From NCBI GenBank assembly GCA_030390025.1, contig CM059432.1, forward strand, positions 99,698,001 through 99,762,000: DNA of 64,000 bases, in the 5' to 3' direction. Position numbers and translations under genes: made by a program. The notes beneath the pieces were generated by a model that was not told the DNA's origin, did no database searches, and saw nothing but the letters and a program-made list of their open reading frames with translations. The DNA comes from Squalus acanthias. Its lineage: Eukaryota. Of the stretch, positions 23,022-36,692 are shown piece after piece (the stretch's first letter is position 1; each line of letters begins with the position of its first letter).

Positions 23022-24684
23022 TGTAAAGTTTCGCAATTATCGCGATTCGAAATAACATAAGAGAAGCAGATTCGTTTGATCAGTTTTATTAAACGAAATG
23101 CTGTCCTGATAATAAAGGACACAGAAGCCTGTAAAATGGCCGCCGCGCATCGTGGCAGAAGCTTCCAGAGACACAGTGGGCAGACAAGATGGCGTCGAAT
23201 ATACATTTAGTATAAGATTGGATCATACTCGGTAAACACTGATAAAGACAGGATGCAACCCGTTTGCATTTGGAACAATAGCAAAGATATAAGTGCTGGA
23301 ATCATTTTCCATGCACAAGTAAGGACCATTGTCCTGGGCAATCGAAGGCCCATCCAGACACATCAATACACAAATACCCCCCCGGCTCTACAATGAGAGA
23401 GACATTGACGGGTGATTAAGCAAGTATTCGGGGGCCCCCAAAACCAGTCAGGGAGACGATTTGTACACATCCTGGCTGGGTCAACATTAACGGCCACTGA
23501 CTGCAAACTTGACTTTTAACGCCCCGGGAGGTGATTGGAGCGCTAAATCAGGCACTGCACACCTGTCTTAAGGCGCAAAGGCCGAGGAGTGAGGCGCTAA
23601 CACAGAGCGCGGGCGCAGCGCAGGTGATGTCAGTTAGCGATGGAACACAGACACACTGGCGCCGGACAGTTCTTAAAGGGGAGGGTCGACCTTGCTCTCC
23701 AGCCACACCCTGCTCATTGGAGCCTTGAATCTCGGCCTGGAGAGACCTGTACATCAAATCTGCTGGAAAGAACAATGGAGAGCACCAGGGAAAGAGCTCA
23801 GAGTGCAGCCCCCACGGACTCTTCTAAATCGATACAAGGAAGGGCAAATCAAAATGAACCTGCAAAGTGCTGCTCAGTACCCAAAACTCCTTCACACAGC
23901 GTTGAATCACTCCTGAAGTCTCTCTCTCTCTCTCTCCGAATCTCTCTCTCTCTCTCAGAACGAGTGGTGCAAAAATGTCAACCACAGAGAAAGACAGGAA
24001 GAGGCCCCCTTTAAATAGCGCCCCCCCCCCCAGCCCCACAGCGATTGTTAGCGTTCCACTCTTCCGGTCGTTGGATGCGCCAGGCGGTAAGGATGGGGGC
24101 GCCACTGAAATTCTGCTCCGGGGCGCCACAAGGGCGTTGCACTCTCGTATGATGTCACAATCTGCGCGCGCAGGAGATCGCGGCGATAAAGTTTAGCGCC
24201 GCCACAAAATGTCTAGTTAAGTTCGCGAGCGGCGCAAACATCGCTGCGCCCGGGCGCTAGCTGCTTTGCGCCCCATTAGCGCCCTCTTAAGGCGCTAACA
24301 GGAGGCGCAACCAACTGAATTTTTCCCCCAATGTGTTCCCCTTTCTACGATGTGCCGTGTGTTCTCCATTTCCACAGACCAAGCTTTATGAATGTATGTA
24401 TACTTGTACTATCGTTGATTTGCGCCTATGACATGTATTTCATGATTTTAGATGCCATGCAATAAAGATTTCCATTTCGTACTATTCAACCGGGTCTATT
24501 TGAGTTTTCTCTGCATTACTGCTCCCTGCACCTAAGTCCAGTGTTAGAACCGTAAGGGCGAGTGGGTCGAACCACTCACAGGTGCTTATTGCAATAAGGC
24601 TGGCCGGAGACCAGAGCAAGCAATAGTATTAGGCAACGAAGGCCTAACCTCACACCAGCACCATCTGAGACACGCCCCCTTACA
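23022..24684 (+). mobile_element. Solo LTR (same family as 10357-11958), internally deleted and carrying a MITE
   Basis: TGTAAA...CTTACA termini; GAAG TSD (23018-23021, 24685-24688); AATAAA near 24461. Confidence 0.9.
23494..24329 (-). mobile_element. Non-autonomous Harbinger derivative (one end missing) inside the LTR
   Basis: Reverse complement of 52047-52937 and of the ends of 2614-6741; TIR AATTTTTCCCCC ends at 24329. Confidence 0.9.
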
Positions 24685-24845
24685 GAAGTTCCACTCTAGA
24701 TTGTTCCTTGCTCCTTTCCATTGCTAATCTAAATCTTATGATACGATGATCACTCGTACCCATGTGTTCTTCCACAGACACTTGGTTGACCTGGCCCACC
24801 TCATTCCTCAGCACCAGAACCAGCAATGCCTCCTTCCGAATTGGG

Positions 24846-27800
24846 CTGTTGGGGAGGGTTTAAACTAGCTTGGCAGGGGGATGCGAACCTAAGTATAGAG
24901 TCAACAGGGAGGGAAGAAAAACTGGAATTGGAAAACAAAAACGTAGAAAGTAAATTGGAAGGACAGAGGAATCAAGGGCTAGATCGTAGTCAACAAGGAG
25001 GTTTGCCTGTACTAAATGATATATACTTCAATGCAAGGAGTATAGCAAACAAGGCAGATGAGTTGAGGGCACAGGCAGATAATTGGGACTATGATATTAT
25101 AGCTATTACAGAGATGTGGCTGAAAGAGGGGCAGGTATGGCAGCGCAGTATTCCTGGTTACAGGATTTTCAGACGGGATAGAGAGGGAGGTAAAAAGGGG
25201 GGGGGGGTCGCGGTATTGATTAAAGAAACTATTACAGCTGTGAGGAGGGATGATATGTTGGAGGGATCATCAAACGAGGCCATATGGGTCGAATTGAAAA
25301 ACAAAAAAGGGGCGATCACACTGCTGGGAGTGTACTACAGACCCCCACACAGTGAGAGGGAGATAGAAGAACAAATATGTAGACAAATTTCTGAGAAGTG
25401 CAAAAACTATAGGGCAGTAATAGTAGGGAATTTCAACTACCCCAACATTAACTGGGATAAAATTATTGTGAAGGGTATAGAAGGTGCGTAATTCCTAAAA
25501 ATGCATCCAGGAAAACTTTTTTAGCCAGTATGTAGCAAGCCCAACAAGGGAGAGGGCGGTTCTGGACTTAGTTTTAGGGAATGAAGCTGGGCAGGTAGAA
25601 GGCATATCAGTGGGGGAGCATTTTGGTGCTAGTGACCATAATTCAATTAGATTTAAGGTAGTTATGGAAAAGGACAAAGATAGACCAGGAATAAAAATTC
25701 TAAATTGGGGAAAAGCAAATTTTGCTAAGCTCAGCTGGGATTTAGCCATAGTGGACTGGAAACAGCTACTTGAAGGTAAATCAGTGTCAGAGCAGTGGGA
25801 GGCATTCAAGGAGGAGATCCGGAGGGTTCAAATCAAACATGTGCCCGTAAAGAAAAAAGGTGGGACCAACAAATCTAGAGACCCCTGGATGTCTAGAGAC
25901 ATACAGGGTAGGATAAAGAAAAAAAGGGAGTCGTATGACAGATACCGAGGGCTAAATACTCCAGAATCTTTAGAGGAGTACAGAAAGTGCAGGGGTGTAA
26001 TAAAAATGATGTTAGGAAAGCAAAGAGAGAGCATGAAAAATTCTTGGCAAGTAAAATCAAAAGATGTTTTATAAATATATTAAGAGTAAGAGGATAACTA
26101 AAGAAAGGGTAGGGCCTATTAGAGATCATGAGGATAATCTGTGTGTGGAGGCGGTTGACGTCGGTAGAGTTCTTAATGAATACTTTGCGTCTGTTTTCAC
26201 AAAGGAGGGGGCAAAGCAGACATTGCTATGGGGGGAGAGGAGTGTGAAATATTAGATGAAATAAACATAGTGAGAGAGGAAGTATTAAGGGGTTTAGCAA
26301 CTTTAAAAGTGGATAAATCCCCAGGCCCGGATGTGATGTATCCCAGGCTGTTAAGCGAAGCATAAGAGGAAATAGCAGAGGCCCTGACCATCATTTTTCA
26401 ATCCTCTCTGGCTTCAGGTGTTGTGCCGGAGGACTGGAGGACTGCTAATGTGGTACCCTTGTTTAAAAAGGGAGAAAAGGATAGACCGAGTAATTACAGG
26501 CCAGTCAGCCTAACCTTGGTGGTGGGAAAATTATTGGAAAGAATTCTGAAGGACAGGATAAATCTTCATTTAGAAAAACACGGATTAATCAAGGATAGTC
26601 AGCATGGATTTGTTAAGGGAAGGTCGTGTCTGACAAACTTGATTGAATTTTTTGAGAAGGTAACAAGGAGGGTAGATGAGGGTAGTGCATTTGATGTAGT
26701 GTATATGGACTTTAGCAAGGCTTTTGATAAGGTTCCACATGGCAGACTGGTCATGAAGTTAAAAGCCCATGGGATCCAGGGCAAAGTGTCAAGTTGGATT
26801 CAAAACTGGCTCGGAGACAGGAAGCAGAGGGTAATGGTTGATGGGTGTTTTTGTGACTGGAAGGCTGTTTCCAGTGGGGTTCCGCAGGGCTCAGCGCTAG
26901 GTCCCTTGCTTTTTGTGGTATATATCAACGATCTTGACTTGAATATAGGGGGTATGATTAAGAAGTTTGCAGATGATGCTAAAATCAGCTGTGTGGTTGA
27001 TACTGAAGAAGGAAGCTGTAGACTGCAGGAAGATATTAATAAATTGGTTAGGTGGGCAGAACAGTGGCAAATGGAATTCAATCCAGAGAAGTGTGAGGTA
27101 ATGCATTTGGGGAGGGCGAACAAGGAAAGGGAATACACATTAAATGGTAGGTACACTGAGTAGTGTAGAGGAACAAAGGGACCTTGGAGTGCATGTCCAC
27201 AGATCCCTGAAGGTAGCAGGCCAAGTAGATAAGGTGGTTAAGAAGGCATACGGAATGCTTGCCTTTATTAGCCGTGGCATAGAATACAAGAGCAGGGGGG
27301 TTATGCTTCAACTGTATAAAACACTAGTTAGGCCTCAGCTAGAGTACTGCGTGCAGTTCTGGTCACCACATTACAGGAAAGATGTGATTGCACAAGAGAG
27401 GGTACAGAGGAGATTTACAAGGATGTTGCCGAGAGTAGAGAATCTTAACTATGAGGAAAGACTGGATAGGCTGGGTCTGTTTTTCTTGGAACAGAGGAGA
27501 CTGAGGGAAGACCTTATTGAGCTGTATAAAATTATGAGGGGCATAGATAAAGTGGATAGAAAGGACCTATTTCCCATAGCAGAGGGGTCAGAAACCAGGG
27601 GGCACAGATTTAAAGTAATTGGGGGAAGATTTAGAGGGGATTTGAGGGGAAATTTCTTCACCTAGAGGGTTGTGGAGGTCTGCAACTCACTGCCTGAAAG
27701 GGAGTAGAGGCAGGAACCCTAACCACATTTAAAAAGTACTTGGATGTGCACTTGGGATGCTCTAACCTGCAGGGCTATGGACCAAGAGCTGGGAAGTGGG

Positions 27801-27895
27801 ATTAGGCTGGATAGCTCTTTGTTGGCCAGCGCGGACACAATGGGCCGAAATGGCCTCCTTCCGTGCTGTAACTTTCTATGATTTATGATTCTATG
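24846..27895 (+). mobile_element. CR1 LINE 'C', whole ORF2 with stops/frameshifts, ORF1 missing
   Basis: YFNARSI, GVYYRPP, SDHN, GVPQGSALGP, FADDAK; (TTCTATGA) tail. Confidence 0.92.
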
Positions 27896-28580
27896 AACAT
27901 ACTGGTCAAGGAAATTCTCCTGAACACATTTCAGAAATTCCTCCCCCTCCTTTCCCTTTACCCGAGCATTATCCCAATCGATATTTGGGTAATTAAAGTC
28001 CCCCAATATCACCACTCTATAGCTCTTGCATATCTCTGTGATTTCCCTGCAGATTTGCTCCTCTACCTCCCTCTCACTATTTGGAGGCCTGTGGAATACC
28101 CCCATTAACATGATCATACCCTTTTTGCTCCTCAACTCTAACCAAATGGATTCTGTCCTTGTCCCCTCAAGAACATCTTCCCTTTCCAACACTACAATGT
28201 CTTCCTTAATCAGCACTGCCACCCCACCTCCCTTTTTTCCTTCCCTATCTTTTCTGAACACCTTGTACCCTTGAATATTAAGTGCCCAGTCCTCACCGTT
28301 TTTAAGCCACATTTCCATTATTGTCACATCATATTGCCGCATGGCTAATTGTGCTTGTAGCTCACCAACCTTATTCACTACACTTTGTGTGTTTACGTAC
28401 ATCCATTCTAAGCCCATTTTTGAATTTTTCGTAGTCTTTCTTAGTCTGCTCCTATCTAATATGGTACTACTTCTGCCTGTAGTACTACTTTCTTCTCAGT
28501 ACTATCCAACACACTCACTCTTTTATGCACCTTATTCCTCTTTTCTACTCCTATATGCTGGTGCCCATCCCCCTGCCAAG

Positions 28581-29531
28581 CTAGCTTAAACCCTCCCCAA
28601 CAGCACTAGCGAACCTACCCGCGAGAATATGGGTCCCGGCTCTGTTGAGGTTTAACCCGTCCAGCTTGTTCAGGTCCCATCTGCCCCAGAAATGGTCCCA
28701 ATGCCTCAGGAATCTAAAGCCCTCCCTTCTGCACCATCTCTCCAGCCACGCATCCATCTGTTCTATCCTCCTATTCCTGTACTCACTAGCACGTGGCACC
28801 GGGAGTAATCCGGAGATTACTACCTTTGAGGTCCTTCTTATTAATCTCTTTCCTAGCTCCCTATAGTCTGCCTGCAGGACCTCTTCCCTCTTGCTGCCTA
28901 TGTCGTTGGTGCCGATATGGACAATGACCTCTGGCTGTTCACCCTCCCCCCTCAGAGTGTCCTGCAGCCGCTCAGTGACATCCTTGACCCTGGCACCAGG
29001 GAGGCAACATATCATCCTGGAGTCACGTCTGCATCCACAGAAATGCCTATCTGTTCCCCTAACCAATGAATCCCCTATCACTATTGCTCTTCCACTCTTC
29101 TTCCTCCCCCGCTGTGCAGCTGAGCCACCTGTGGTGCGGTGACCTTGGCTCTGGCTGCTCTCCCCAGAGGAGCCATCACCCCCACCAGTTTCCAGAACTG
29201 TGAACCGGTTAGCGAGCGAGATGCACTCTGGGGATTCCTGCCCTACCTGCTTGGTCCTCCTTCTCTGTCTGCCGGGCACCCATTCCCCCTCTGCCTGCAC
29301 ATTCTGAGGCTGCGAGGTGACCACTTCTAGAAACCTGCTTTCCAAGTATTTCTCAGGCTCGCGGATGCACTGTAGTGACTCCAGCTGCCACTCAAGGTCC
29401 GAAACCCGGAGCTCGAGTTGCTACAGTTGGCGACACTTCCTGCACACGTGATCGTCCAGGCCGCAAGAAGCGTCCAGAATTTCCCACATGGCACAGGATG
29501 TGCAAATCACAGGACTGAGCTGCCCTGCCAT
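28581..29531 (-). pseudogene. CR1 ORF1 (Zn-finger/leucine zipper plus SGNH esterase) with one premature stop
   Basis: CxxC..CxxC N-terminus; IVIGDSLVR, CLPGA, HIGTND, DGLNLN motifs; TAG near 29422. Confidence 0.85.
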
Positions 29532-30499
29532 TTACCAGACTCTATTTACCAGACTATGGAGGTAATTTAGCAGAAATAAACTTAAAACTTTACAAGAAAC
29601 ACTCAACAGCTACCCACCAATCAGCACTTCCCTCTATTAGATAGGCTATGAACTACTTAGCAGAAATATACTCAAAACAGAACAAAAAAAAACTTACCAC
29701 AAATACTCACCCTATACTCACCTCTCAGCTCCCTTGTGCCAGCAACACCTTTGAATTCTGATATCACTCCTTCATTGTGTTGCTTGCCGACTTTCTCCCT
29801 CGCAGGTAGTCCGCTCACTCAGCATTAATTCTTTAAATGCTAGCCTATGCTCGTCCACTGTCATACCTTTTAATGTAGTTTCCCAATCTACCTTAGCCCC
29901 TCATACCTTCATAGTTTGCTTTGTTTAGATTTAAGACCCTAGTCTCAGATTTAACTAAGTCACTTTCAAACTCAATATAAAATTCTATCATATTATGGTC
30001 ACTCTTCCCTAAAGGCCCCTTTACTACAAGGTTATTAATTAACCCTTTCTCATTGCATAATACTAGATCTAAAATAATCTGTTCCCTATTTGGTTCCTCA
30101 ACATACTGATCTAGAAAACTATCTTGCATACATTCCATGAATTTGCCCTCCATATTATTATTACAAATTTGGTTTGCCCAGTCTATATGTAGATTAAATT
30201 CCCCCATGATTACCGTATTACCCTTGTCAAGGATTAATTGTCAAGGATAGACTCTTGGCATATTTACCAAGAGTCATGTGGTAACATAGATGTTGTTGTT
30301 TGCAGGCAGACTTCACTTATGTGGCAGTAGCGCTCCAGGTCTATAGGTATCCTAACTCAGGGCATATGTTGTAAGAATCTGTAAAATGTTTTCATATATC
30401 CATGCTGACCTGCTCTACTAGCCTCATAGTAACATCTCAAAAAGCACTTTTATGGAACCAGCTGAGTCTTTACAACTGGGCCTTCTGTGTTTGAGGAAT

Positions 30500-30915
30500 G
30501 GAAAGAAAGAACTTGGATTTATGCAGTGCCTTTTCACAACCTGAGGACTATCCCAAAGCACTTTACAGCAAATGAAGTACTTTTGAAGTGTGGTCAGTGT
30601 TGTAATGTCAGGAAATGTGGCAACAAATTTGCGCACAACAAGATCCCACCAACAGCAATGATATAAATGATTAGATAATCTGTTTTCGTAATGTTGGTTG
30701 AGGGATAAATGTTGGGCAGGACACGTCCTCTTCTCTTCTTCAAATAATGCAATGGGATCTTTTATGCCCACATGAAAGGTCAAATAGCGCCTCAGTTTAA
30801 CTTCTCATCTGAAAGACAGCACCTGGTGCTGCACTGAAGTGTTAACCTAGATTAAATGCTCAAGTCTCTAGAGTGGGGCTTGAACCCACAACCTTCTGAC
30901 TCAGAGCCAAGGCTG
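30500..30915 (-). mobile_element. DeuSINE copy
   Basis: Homologous to 15905-16305, inverted. Confidence 0.7.
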
Positions 30916-30955
30916 ACTCATACATTTTGTGCAAGGTGCCAGCAACAGTTTCATT

Positions 30956-33900
30956 GGAGGGAATTTTTACCTAAAAAAGTGAATATGTTTGGGAGAGGGC
31001 GGGGAGTTAACATGGATGAAACTGACAGCGGGTCGGGAAGCCGGCTTGAACCCGTTGACTTCCACTTTTAACTGCAGCGCTTTCGTCTGGATGCGAGAAA
31101 CCCCCATGGGAGAGGCGGGTTGGCAATTGAAAGATGTTAAGAGGCAAATAGGAGCTTTTTTAACTACAGATTTGCACTTTAACTCTGAGTGCACAGGTTT
31201 GCCGACCTTCCTGGAACTCACCAGTGAAAGCAAGGTGCGATGACAGCGTGAATTGAGGGGGCCGACCCCTCAGAACTCACACCGGCATCCTTGCTCAAGT
31301 GAAAGGCTTTTGGAGAGTGTGCTGTCACTACTTTACAGCTGACTTCCACTACGTTGGAAGTCATTTCTGGTACATTGGATTTTTGTGAGTCTGATCTACA
31401 CTTTCCATCTGTCAAGCATCAGTTCAGCATGGGTGCAGCTTATTCAGCATTACCTTGGACCTCAAATAAGTACCAATATGAACATCAGCAGCAACAGCAC
31501 CATGCTCACCGATGCTCAGTTTGGGTTCCGCCAGGACTACTCAGCTCCAGACTTCATTACAGCCTTGGTCCAAACATGACAAAAGAGGTGAATTCTAGAG
31601 GTGAGGTGAGTGTGACTGCCCTTGGCATCAAGGCAGCATTTGACCGAGTGTGGCATCAAGGAGCCCTAGTAAAATTGTAGTCAATGGGAATCGGGGGGAA
31701 AACTCTCCAGTGGCTGGAGTCATACCTCGCACAAAGGAAGATGGTTGTGGTTGTTGGAGGCCAATCATCTCAGCCCCAGGACATCACTGCAGGAGTTCCT
31801 CAGGACAGTCCTAGGACCAACCATCTTCAGCTGCTTCATCAATGACCTTCCCTCCAACATAGGGTCAGAAGTGGGGATGTTTGCTGATGATTGCACAGTG
31901 TTCAGTTCCATTCGCAACTCCTCAGATAAAGAAGCAATCCGTGCCTGCATGCAGCAAGACCATTACAACATTCCAGGGCTGATAAGTGGCAAGTAGCACT
32001 TGCGCCACACAGGTGCCAGGCAATGGCTACCTCCAAAAAGCGAGAGTCTAACCACCGCCCCTTGACATTTAACAGCATTACCATCGTTGAATCTCCCACC
32101 ATCAACATCCTGGGGGTCACCATTGACCAGAAACTTAACTGGACCAGCCACATACATACTGTGGCTACAAGAGCAGATCAGAGACTAGCTATCCTGCAGC
32201 GAGTGTCTTACCCCCTGACTCCGCAAAGCCTTTCCATCATCTACAAGGCATAAGCAAGGAGTGTGATGGAATACTCTCCACTTGCCTGGATGAGTGCAGC
32301 TGTAACAACACTCAAGAAGTTCGACACCATCCAGGACAAAGCAACCCGCTTGATTGGCACCCCATCCACTACCTTAAACATTCACTCCCTCCACCAACGG
32401 CGCACCAGGGCTGCAGTGTGTACCATCTACAAGATGCACTGCAGCAACTTGCCATGGCTTATTTGACAGCACCTTCCACCTAGAAGGACAAGGGCAGCAG
32501 GCGCATGGGAGCACCACTACCTACGTGTTCCCCTCCAAGTCACACACCATCCTGACTTGTAAATATATCGCCGTTCTTTCATCGTCGCTGGGTCAAAATC
32601 CTTGAACTCTCTCCCTAACACCACACGGACTGCAGCAATTCAAGAAGGCGGTTCACAGGAGAGAGGGGATGAGCACAGGGGTGCAGCTCACAGTTGACAA
32701 TACCCCCAACACAGGGTATATAGGCAGAGGATCAGCTTCCTGGACATGCCGGAACACCAGTGCCTCAGAATGCACAGGCTATCGCGTCAGGTGGTCGCAG
32801 ACATTTGCAGCCTCTTGGAAGTAGACCTCCTGCCAAGTGGATCTGCTGGGCACGCTTTGCAAGTGACTGTCAAAGTCACCACCGCGCTCAATTTCTTCAC
32901 CTCTGGCTCCTTCCAGGGATCTGCTGGAGATATATCTGCAGAATCTCGCAATCTGCTGTCAACAAATGCATCACTCAGGCGTTCGATGCCATGTTTGCCA
33001 GGGCCGGTAATTATGTGCACTTTGCAACTGATGAGGCCAGTCAGAATGAGCGGGCGCTCGGCTTTGTGGCTCTGGCTGGCTTCACACAGATCCAGCTCGT
33101 ATGCAAACACAAAATGATCATTGTGCAGGTGTGTGCAAGATTGCCAGGCAGCTGCCATGATGCTTTCATCCTGCGCCAGTCCATCCTCCCAGAGCCCTTC
33201 AGACCTCGAGGCAGAGTTACTGGATGGCTCCTTGGAGGCAAGGGCTACCTCTTGAAGATGTGGCTGATGACACTCGTTAGGAGCCCAAACAATGAGGCCC
33301 AAGAGAGATACAATCAAAGCCATATGACCACGAGAAATGACATTGAGCAAGCAACCAGAATGCTGAAGATGCACTTTAGGTGCCTGGACAGATAGGAATG
33401 GATGCACCTGCAAGGTAAGTACATATGAGGAGTGATGTCCTAGAGTCGGCTTGGGAAGAGAATCTTCCTGCAGGCCTTTACAGAAGATGACATCAGCTCT
33501 AGGGAGGCATTATTTAAGCAAGGTGCAACCTTGCCATGTTGGCACTCCATTAATGTAGTTTCTTCCTCTGTTCCCCCACCTGGACAATCCTTCAACTTTC
33601 ATCTTCGCAGGGTCCCTTTAAACAGTTCAGCTGAAACAGACCCATGCGTGTTGTCATCATACCCTGTTGCGTTAATTGGTCAGGAAATCCGGAAGTCAGA
33701 TGCTAATGAAGTGGCTGCAGCCAGGCTGCTTTGCTTTGCTGAGGAGGTTTCCTCCATTCATTTGAGGGGAACAGTACCTCTTGGTGCCCTCTCACTCCCT
33801 CCACAAGACCATGGAGGGAGTCATCATCAAATCTGGGAGATGCCTTTGGTCTTGAAGCAGTCATTTTCAGATGTGCCACACCGAGAAGCAGCAGAATAGG

Positions 33901-34135
33901 ATTGATCAAAAACAAGGCTGCATGGGCCCCTTAAATGCAGCTGGCTGAAAGACATCAGCAGAGGCGAGCAGCAGACCTGAACCCACTGATTCGGCCGGGT
34001 AACACGCACGACGGGCTTAATCAGCCCACTTAAGCAAAAATTGTAATTTCAGGGTGGCTGAAACCGGTAGCGGGACCGGAACCCGCCGAACATCAAAGCC
34101 GCCTCCAACCCGCCTCCACTCTGAAAATCGTGGCC
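30956..34135 (+). mobile_element. Internally deleted degenerate Harbinger
   Basis: Transposase remnant 32657-33395 (PGSCHDAFIL, WLLGGKGY); Myb exon 1 remnant ~33700-33864 (-); TIR-like ends GGAGGGAATTTT / GAAAATCGTGGCC. Confidence 0.8.
31500..32655 (+). mobile_element. LINE RT fragment (CR1/L2 supergroup, distinct family) inside the Harbinger
   Basis: QFGFR, IKAAFDRVWH, LGPTIFSCFINDLP, MFADDCT, LGVTIDQKLNW. Confidence 0.85.
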
Positions 34136-35225
34136 GATGTGTTTCTGGACCTCTGCCAATACTGCTCTGTAACTAACCACAGACAGGTGCCCAAGAATGT
34201 CCTAGGCTGACTTACCCTCTTTTTTCAGCTTCCTTTTCTGTGGGGAAATCCCAACTAAGATTGAGAATGTACCACGAAAAATATAGGGCTACAGATCTGA
34301 ATCTCGTTCTCTTGTTATATGAGGATGCTGCACCACTGGGATACAATTCTATTTTTTTTTAGTGTTCCACCATCTGGCCATTTTAATGGAAATACTGACA
34401 GGAGCAAGTTCTCTTTAAGAGAAAATGTTATTCATTTTTCGCAATTTATTTCTAAGGGATAACTTATTCCACTTATTAACTTTTATTCAAGCTGTGAAAG
34501 CAAAGAACGTAGAATCTATGATAAGGTCATTAAAGAATCTCATCTTGAAGTTATCTTTTAAGATTGAATCTAGTCCAACCTTAATTCTCATTTCCGAAAG
34601 AAAAGTGGATTGATAAAGCACTCATCTGTAGCTTCAATTTTAGAATCCACAAATTACTGCTCACAATTACACGGTAATAGTATTTTGTCATGTACTGTTC
34701 AGATTGAAAATGGAGGGAGGCGAACAAAATATTCAACTGCGAGCGAAGGACATTTTCTTCTTCAAATTAGAACAGCTGGGCTTAAGGGACAAATTGTGAA
34801 AAAAGATTTTTTTTAAATCTGGACCATTAGGGTAAATGTAGCAGCAAAGAAAAATGATCTGAACATCAGACTAAAAATAGTCAAATGAGAAAGAGTGAGG
34901 AACAATTAAAAAGGATGAAACCAAATTACAAAGCAAAAAAACAGAGCAATGACATCTTAAGTAAATCAACTGACAGAGCAGAAGAAAGTTCACCCAAATG
35001 CTAAAAATGAGGACAAATAGCTTTCCTAAACAAGCAACTAATGAGTTGTGACATTTGAAGACTGAGTTTACAAATTGTAATCATTTTATTAATTCAGACA
35101 GATTTGCAAATATGCATAGTCAATGCAACTACTACAGGACTGATTTAAATGTGTGCCAGGTTTATTATCTTCACTGAAAGCAATGATGAGGAAAGATATG
35201 AGTCTGTGAAAGCCACTCTCTAGAG

Positions 35226-35512
35226 TCACCTTTTGTTTCTTAACTTGTCCCATTACCATCACCTTTTGCCTTGCACCATCATCCCTTTTGTCTCTTAATC
35301 TCTCCTGCCTTCCATCCTATCACAGACCTTCCCTTTTGTTCTTTCCACCCCTCCCCCCTCTCCCTGCCCCTAAACTTGCTTAAAAACCTGTTACATCTCC
35401 AACTTTTTCCAGTTCTGACGAAGGGTCATCGACCTGAAACGTTAACTCTGTTTCTCTCTCCACAGATGCTGCCTGACCTGCTGAGTATTTCCAGCATTTT
35501 CTGTTTTTATTA
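35226..35512 (+). mobile_element. Penelope-like element 3' end (pLTR)
   Basis: Pyrimidine-rich tract, hammerhead motif, and AGATGCTGCCTGACCTGCTGAGTATTTCCAGCATTTTCTGTTTTTATT tail. Confidence 0.7.
35411..35447 (+). ncRNA. Minimal type I hammerhead ribozyme
   Basis: agtt-CTGACGA-A-gggtc/atc/gacct-GAAA-CGT-T-aact. Confidence 0.7.
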
Positions 35513-36692
35513 TCTTCATTGTAAGGGCACCCTTCATCATATACTGTCGCATTGCACTACCACAGGACAAAATGACAGAACTAGCAGTCCAAAACTGGCC
35601 ATTCATGAGGTGTGTGGGCTATCAGGAACAGAATTGTATCCCTTTACCATCTGTAACCTGGTGGCCTGGCACATCCCTTATTCCTCCATTACCATCAAAC
35701 TGGGAAATCAACTCTGTTTTAATAGGGACCAGAGAAAGGCATACCAGGAGCATCACCAGGCATACTTTAAAATAAAGCACCAACCAAATGAAGCTACAAA
35801 TCAGGGCTACATGCCTGCTAAACACCAAAACAGCAGCTTTAGACAGAGCTCAGTGGTCTCACAAGCAATGGTTCAAAGCAAAGACTGCAGGCCCAATACA
35901 TCCAGTCCGGAATTATGGTGGACAATCAGGCAACTAATGGGTGGATGAGGCTCCAAAAACATTCCTACCCTCAAACATGGCAGAGCCAGTACATGAGGGC
36001 AAGAGACAAGGCTAAAGTATTCGCAAATGTCTTTAGCCAAAAGTACGAAGTGGAAAAATCCACTTGGCTCCCGAGGTTCCCTCCATCAGACATGTCAGCA
36101 TTCAACCAATTTGGTTCATCCAACAGACATTAAGAAGCAGCTGAGTGCTTTAAACTCAGCAAAGGCTAACTAGAGAAAAAAATACAAAGTAAAGATAATG
36201 ATCCAAGTGATGTTTTGATCATTTATAAATCCTTCAACAATCAATTTTATAACCTTGCATAAAGAGATTTTCCATGGGTTTGTTACCACAATATCAACCA
36301 GCACTCGACCCTTAGGCAATTACATTTCTGTGCAAAATAGAAATTCCAATGATTTGAAGTCATTAGAACTGAAAGCGAGATGATTAAATAGCTTGATTTC
36401 TTTAGCGATGTTTCAAATTAGGAGAAAGGACTGATGTCGTAACTACAATAATGATGGTGATAATGATTCCTTACAGAAAAACTGTAAGTGCACCAACAAA
36501 TTTTGAAAGGTACTTTCTGCAAACATTTACATTGGTTGAAAAACTACACAATGCGATAAATTGTGGGAGGATTGATGAGTAAATCAAGCAACAATATTGA
36601 TGGTACCAACCAAAAGGTAATAGATATTTACTTGAATTTTTAACATTACGCAGCCACAGATTTACACTGTAGTTTCTGTAACAAGCTCCATT

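Larger units (their letters stand above)
20813..29822 (-). mobile_element. Near full-length CR1 LINE 'B' (~4.3 kb net) split by an LTR and by CR1-C
   Basis: ORF1, APE domain (28417-27896), RT (FADDTKL region) and (CATAGAGT) tail; QENFLDQYV (27896) joins SPIRKEALL (24848). Confidence 0.85.
18021..30226 (-). mobile_element. CR1 LINE 'A' (pieces 18021-19739, 20436-20812, ~29823-30226) split by nested insertions
   Basis: Continuous APE/RT homology across the breaks when compared with the uninterrupted CR1 at 44202-48384; (ACATAAGA) tail at 18021. Confidence 0.85.
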
